Shown here in pieces: positions 60,593 through 64,000 of a DNA stretch of 64,000 bases. The number at the start of each line of letters is the position of its first letter. Within the stretch, counting starts at the first letter, position 1. Location of the stretch: positions 32,001 through 96,000 of IMG/VR virus record IMGVR_UViG_3300012971_000001; one strand, written 5' to 3'. Source of the DNA: a virus. The position numbers and the translations under genes are program-made. Under the pieces are notes generated by a model. It was not told where the DNA came from. It saw only the letters and a list, made by a program, of their open reading frames with translations, and did not search any database.

Positions 60593-60625
60593 CTGTAGAA
60601 CTCCTGGATGCGCACTTGGGCACAC

Positions 60626-60671
60626 TCGCCTGTCCTGGATTCAGAAATGGATTCAGGGCAGGCGGTTTTTT
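60626..60671 (+). terminator. Rho-independent terminator
   Basis: CGCCTGTCCTGGAT...ATTCAGGGCAGGCG followed by GTTTTTT. Confidence 0.75.
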
Positions 60672-60739
60672 ATGACTAGTAGTCAGTTGAATGGTCAAGC
60701 TTATGTGTTATTGTTGGGGCCTAGACGTGGAAGCTCATC

Positions 60740-61003
60740 ATGGATAAACGGGTATATCTGGTTTTGCTCAAATGTGCACATCATCATATCGTCGGCGTAG
60801 CGATGACGCTCACTTCAGAGGAAGCTACAACTGCACAGAAAAGACTAACTGCGTGGAGCAAGAACTGTCGCTGTAATCTGTGCGGTTCTGGTCTGACGAC
60901 AACCTTAGAGGCCACCGAATTTTACACGGTGGAACAGGCGAGACCGTCGCTCGCAATGCGAGCTGCAATTGAAAAGATTTCACATAGTGCTGCTGTGAAC
61001 TGA
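60740..61003 (+). CDS. Small Cys/His-rich hypothetical protein
   Basis: 87 aa with CAHHH and CRCNLC. Confidence 0.5.
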   Translation: MDKRVYLVLLKCAHHHIVGVAMTLTSEEATTAQKRLTAWSKNCRCNLCGSGLTTTLEATEFYTVEQARPSLAMRAAIEKISHSAAVN

Positions 61004-61097
61004 AAGTCAAAATAGAACCGACGCGGTCGCGTGGGCAACGAAGATAGCTTTGTTCGATTTCGCAACTGGTCGGCTTTAATCGGGTTTTTGTCCTACG

Positions 61098-61253
61098 AGA
61101 GCAAGTTAGTCTACATACGTTGGGCTGAGTTGATTTTGTGAATCAATTTGTTTCAATCTGGGCGTGCAGCATCGGGGAACGGCAAGGGGAAGCTTTCGGA
61201 ACTGAGCCTTCGAAGGTTTTCGCTACCAAACCTAGCCCAATGTGCCCCGCTCT
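61098..61253 (+). ncRNA. Candidate structured RNA (family not recognised)
   Basis: Nested complementary stems in a 320-nt intergenic gap; see findings. Confidence 0.35.
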
Positions 61254-61257
61254 ACTA

Positions 61258-61298
61258 GGCCCCAATGGCTACGATGTGGCCGTTGGGGCTTTTAGTTT
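61258..61298 (+). terminator. Terminator-like hairpin just upstream of the dpdA-like gene
   Basis: GGCCCCAATGGCTAC-gat-GTGGCCGTTGGGGCT followed by TTTAGTTT. Confidence 0.6.
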
Positions 61299-61325
61299 AA
61301 ATGTGGGGACGTGGGAAACTCATAG

Positions 61326-62300
61326 ATGAAGTTATTTTTCAGCGGCTGGCAAGCCACTAACAAGCAACGTGAATCAGCAGTGATCAAAGCCGGGGCCATC
61401 CGGCATAGATGTTTCTCGTTCGCCATGATTCAGAAGCTGCCCGGACTGCCATACTACTTACCGAGGCTGCAAGGTGCTTATGACGCATGTCGCAAGCACG
61501 GCATCGGAATCATGTTCGATTCCGGCGTGGTCAGCTGGCGCTCGCACAGGGCTACATTGCGCAAGCAGGGCAAGGATATCTCCAAGCTGCCGGACGAAAA
61601 GACGTTTATCAAGCTGTATGTCGACCATGTGAAGCAGCATAGAAAAGAGTGGGACAAGGTCGACAGCGGGATGGACTCGATGTATTTCACCATCGACTTG
61701 GAACGCAATGCAGAAGATATCTTCCGGCGCCATTACGAGATAGTGAAGATGGGAATCAATCCGGTGCCAGTGTTCCACGGCGACAGCTCGCTGGACATAC
61801 TCAGGCGCTACGCAGACAAGGGCTGCACGCTGATCGGGCTGGCATCGTGGCGCACCATCAGAACGCAGCAGAAGCAGTTTCGAGCCTACTTCGACGGATG
61901 CTTTGACTTGGGTGAAAAGCTTGGCATTCGTTTTCATGGCTTAGCTATGACGGCGAGTTGGTTGATGCTAACCTACCCCTGGTATTCCACCGATTCCAGC
62001 TCCTGGTCACGCGTGGCAGGCTACGGCTCGATCATGTGGTTCGATGAGCACAAGCAGCGGATGAGTGCCTTTCACATCTCAGATAGACATAGCGAAGGCA
62101 AAAGCACAGCAGCGAAGATGAATCCTATCATCATGGGCCGTGTGAAAGAATGGGTTGAGCATGAGGGCTTTGATTTCAAAGAGCTGCAGACAGACTTTGT
62201 TCAGCGTCATATCTGGAATGGCAAGCAAATGCTAAAGCTGGTAGATGCAGCTGACAAAAGACATAGTAACGGTGTGGGACAATGGCAGTCGCTTTTTTAA
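61326..62300 (+). CDS. DpdA-like / TGT-fold 7-deazaguanine DNA transglycosylase
   Basis: MFDSG, TIDL, PVPVFHG, FHGL and YPWYSTDSSSW motifs; adjacent to folE and queD-like genes. Confidence 0.75.
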   Translation: MKLFFSGWQATNKQRESAVIKAGAIRHRCFSFAMIQKLPGLPYYLPRLQGAYDACRKHGIGIMFDSGVVSWRSHRATLRKQGKDISKLPDEKTFIKLYVDHVKQHRKEWDKVDSGMDSMYFTIDLERNAEDIFRRHYEIVKMGINPVPVFHGDSSLDILRRYADKGCTLIGLASWRTIRTQQKQFRAYFDGCFDLGEKLGIRFHGLAMTASWLMLTYPWYSTDSSSWSRVAGYGSIMWFDEHKQRMSAFHISDRHSEGKSTAAKMNPIIMGRVKEWVEHEGFDFKELQTDFVQRHIWNGKQMLKLVDAADKRHSNGVGQWQSLF

Positions 62301-62878
62301 GGTCAGCTTGGCCTTGGGCTGCTGAACATTTGCCATCATTTTTGGCAAAGTTTTTGTCGCACGTACAGATTGTAGATGATGCTGATAGTTGCTGGCCTTG
62401 GCAAGCTAATAGAGATAGCGATGGTTACGGCTATTGCTCTCTGGTATATGATGATTTAGCTTTTTTCAAGGCACATAGAATTTCTCTTTTCCTTGCTAGT
62501 GGTGCTGTTAAAGATATTCGTAATGTTGTTAGGCATAGCTGCGATAATCCGCCTTGTGTGCGTCCAAAGCACTTACTTGAAGGGACGCATCAAGATAATG
62601 CTAGGGATCGCGATTCGAGAGGCCGTGCTGCTTGGCAAAATGGGAATGCCGGATGGCAGATAGATCCAAATTGGAATAGCTGGCTAATCGGAGGTAGGCA
62701 TGCTCCAAAAGGCGAAGCACACTACAAAGCAACGCTGACAGAGCTACGCGTCAGATGCATACGAGCTATGCACAGACGTGGCTACGGATATAGACGCTTA
62801 TCTGTAATATTCTCAGTGCCCAGAGGTACCGTTCGATGTGTAGTTACACGAAAGAATTGGAAACGCGTTCGTTGGTAA
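62282..62878 (+). CDS. HNH homing endonuclease
   Basis: CWPW...AHRIS...VRHSCDNPPCVRPKHLLEGT..DN...LTELRVRCIR. Confidence 0.85.
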   Translation: MAVAFLRSAWPWAAEHLPSFLAKFLSHVQIVDDADSCWPWQANRDSDGYGYCSLVYDDLAFFKAHRISLFLASGAVKDIRNVVRHSCDNPPCVRPKHLLEGTHQDNARDRDSRGRAAWQNGNAGWQIDPNWNSWLIGGRHAPKGEAHYKATLTELRVRCIRAMHRRGYGYRRLSVIFSVPRGTVRCVVTRKNWKRVRW

Positions 62879-62891
62879 GGGAACCCTAATC

Positions 62892-63515
62892 ATGAAACCA
62901 TCCGAGGTAGCAGTAGCGGTAGAGACCGAACCGTGGCAAGTCCTGCTGAAGCCGGCCATTGCGGCCTACATGCAGCAGAACAGGCCGAAAAAGAATTCGA
63001 TTGTCTACGACGAGCATACGCAGGGTACACCGGATCGCGTGGTCAAAGCCTTCGCCGAATATGTGCGGGGATGCACGGAAGACCCTGCGACTTACTTGGC
63101 CAAGACATTCAACGCACACACTTACGATCAAATGGTCAGCGTGCCGAACATCCGGTTGATCAGCATGTGCATGCATCACTTAGCCCCTATCATCGGCAAG
63201 GTACACTTCGCTTACATTCCGCAGGCCGCGATCGTCGGGCTGAGCAAAATTCCGCGCTTCATAGAGGCGCTGGCACGGCGGCCGCAGGTGCAGGAACTGC
63301 TGACAGATCAAATCGTCGACACGTTCTACTCCACGGTAGAACCGAAGGGCTGCGCGGTGCATGTGCGGGCCTTCCATTTCTGCATGTGCGGGCGCGGCGT
63401 AGAAGAGCCAGCGGCATATACCGTGACGACGGCATTGCGCGGCTCGTTCAAGGACCCGCTTACGCGGCAAGAATTTCTGCAATCGTTAGACTTAGACGAG
63501 GTGATATTTCCGTGA
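62892..63515 (+). CDS. folE: GTP cyclohydrolase I
   Basis: TPDRV, SMCMHHL.P..G, VGLSKIPR, RRPQVQE and HFCMCGRG motifs. Confidence 0.93.
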   Translation: MKPSEVAVAVETEPWQVLLKPAIAAYMQQNRPKKNSIVYDEHTQGTPDRVVKAFAEYVRGCTEDPATYLAKTFNAHTYDQMVSVPNIRLISMCMHHLAPIIGKVHFAYIPQAAIVGLSKIPRFIEALARRPQVQELLTDQIVDTFYSTVEPKGCAVHVRAFHFCMCGRGVEEPAAYTVTTALRGSFKDPLTRQEFLQSLDLDEVIFP

Positions 63516-63946
63516 CAGACATTCCATTGGCCGGGATAGATACTCCCATCGAAACATCAACGCATACAAATACAAGCTGGACGCCGACTAAGCGGACGAC
63601 TTTTGTGTTCTGCAACTTCCGGCAAGTCGGCTTTCATCAGTGGGCGGGCGCACCGGATCAGTATGCCTATCTCCGGTCCAAGCACAGACATGAATTCCAC
63701 GTGCGGGTGCAGGTGGCAGTCAACCACGACGACAGAGATATGGAATTCTGCCATCTCAAGCAGATAGCACAGGAAGCGTTCCGAAACATGGGCGTGCCGA
63801 CTGCAGATGGAAGTCTGATCCTGGGATCACAGTCCTGCGAGATGATGGCACGGCGCCTGGGTTCGTCGCTGCAGGCAATGGGCATACAGGCGACGTCGGT
63901 TGAAGTGTCGGAAGACGGAGAAAACGGAGCGTTGGTTATCCTATGA
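63512..63946 (+). CDS. QueD-like 6-carboxy-5,6,7,8-tetrahydropterin synthase
   Basis: GTG overlapping the folE stop; GFH.W...HRHEF...DRDMEF...SCEMMA...VSEDGENGA. Confidence 0.75.
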   Translation: MTDIPLAGIDTPIETSTHTNTSWTPTKRTTFVFCNFRQVGFHQWAGAPDQYAYLRSKHRHEFHVRVQVAVNHDDRDMEFCHLKQIAQEAFRNMGVPTADGSLILGSQSCEMMARRLGSSLQAMGIQATSVEVSEDGENGALVIL

Positions 63947-64000
63947 CGTCTAGCGTCACCATGACTGGGAAGGAATTTGCAGCCCTGGTGCAGGGTGCAA
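63943..64000 (+). CDS. Start of the next gene, truncated by the window end
   Basis: ATGA overlap with the previous stop; frame open to the end (MTSSVTMTGKEFAALVQGA). Confidence 0.4.
   Translation, partial: MTSSVTMTGKEFAALVQGA

Noticed and set aside
61004-61325. tRNA or preQ1-I riboswitch
   Set aside because: No cloverleaf with a T-loop in the right context and no preQ1-I consensus; kept only as an unassigned structured RNA candidate.
62933-63511. N-terminal 193 aa of the 337-aa ORF
   Set aside because: Overlaps folE out of frame; QueD-like motifs begin only after the GTG at 63512.

Overview
The whole 64 kb reads as one co-oriented (+ strand) segment of a tailed dsDNA phage or prophage, probably a siphovirus (tape measure and tail tube present, no sheath). 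Gene order: a partial Ig/LamG-like gene; an intein-containing portal; a moron-like accessory block; a cluster of toxin-like genes; protease-scaffold and major capsid protein; connector genes; a giant collagen-like fibre; a short displaced MuF; tail tube; frameshifted chaperone; tape measure; tail tip; a 2294-aa tailspike/fibre; replication genes (SF2 helicase, DnaB-like helicase, primase, 5'-3' exonuclease); a sigma-like regulator; and the start of a 7-deazaguanine DNA-modification operon (dpdA-like, folE, queD-like). Six related HNH endonucleases are scattered through it. No terminase, integrase, lysin, tRNA or CRISPR array was recognised. The most striking feature is a putative MuF-independent capsid-cargo system at 7.8-14 kb, with further members at 17.5-18.3 kb. 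Unrelated enzyme domains (PD-(D/E)xK nuclease, HExxH metallopeptidase, two ADP-ribosyltransferases, a HipA-like kinase) share a leader ending in hydrophobic-x-Ala/Gly followed by GGPGSGCHGxxCGRP, and are interleaved with small putative immunity genes. The cluster sits behind the same conserved promoter motif as the capsid and tail tube genes. All functional calls are from motif recognition by eye; no database searches were run.
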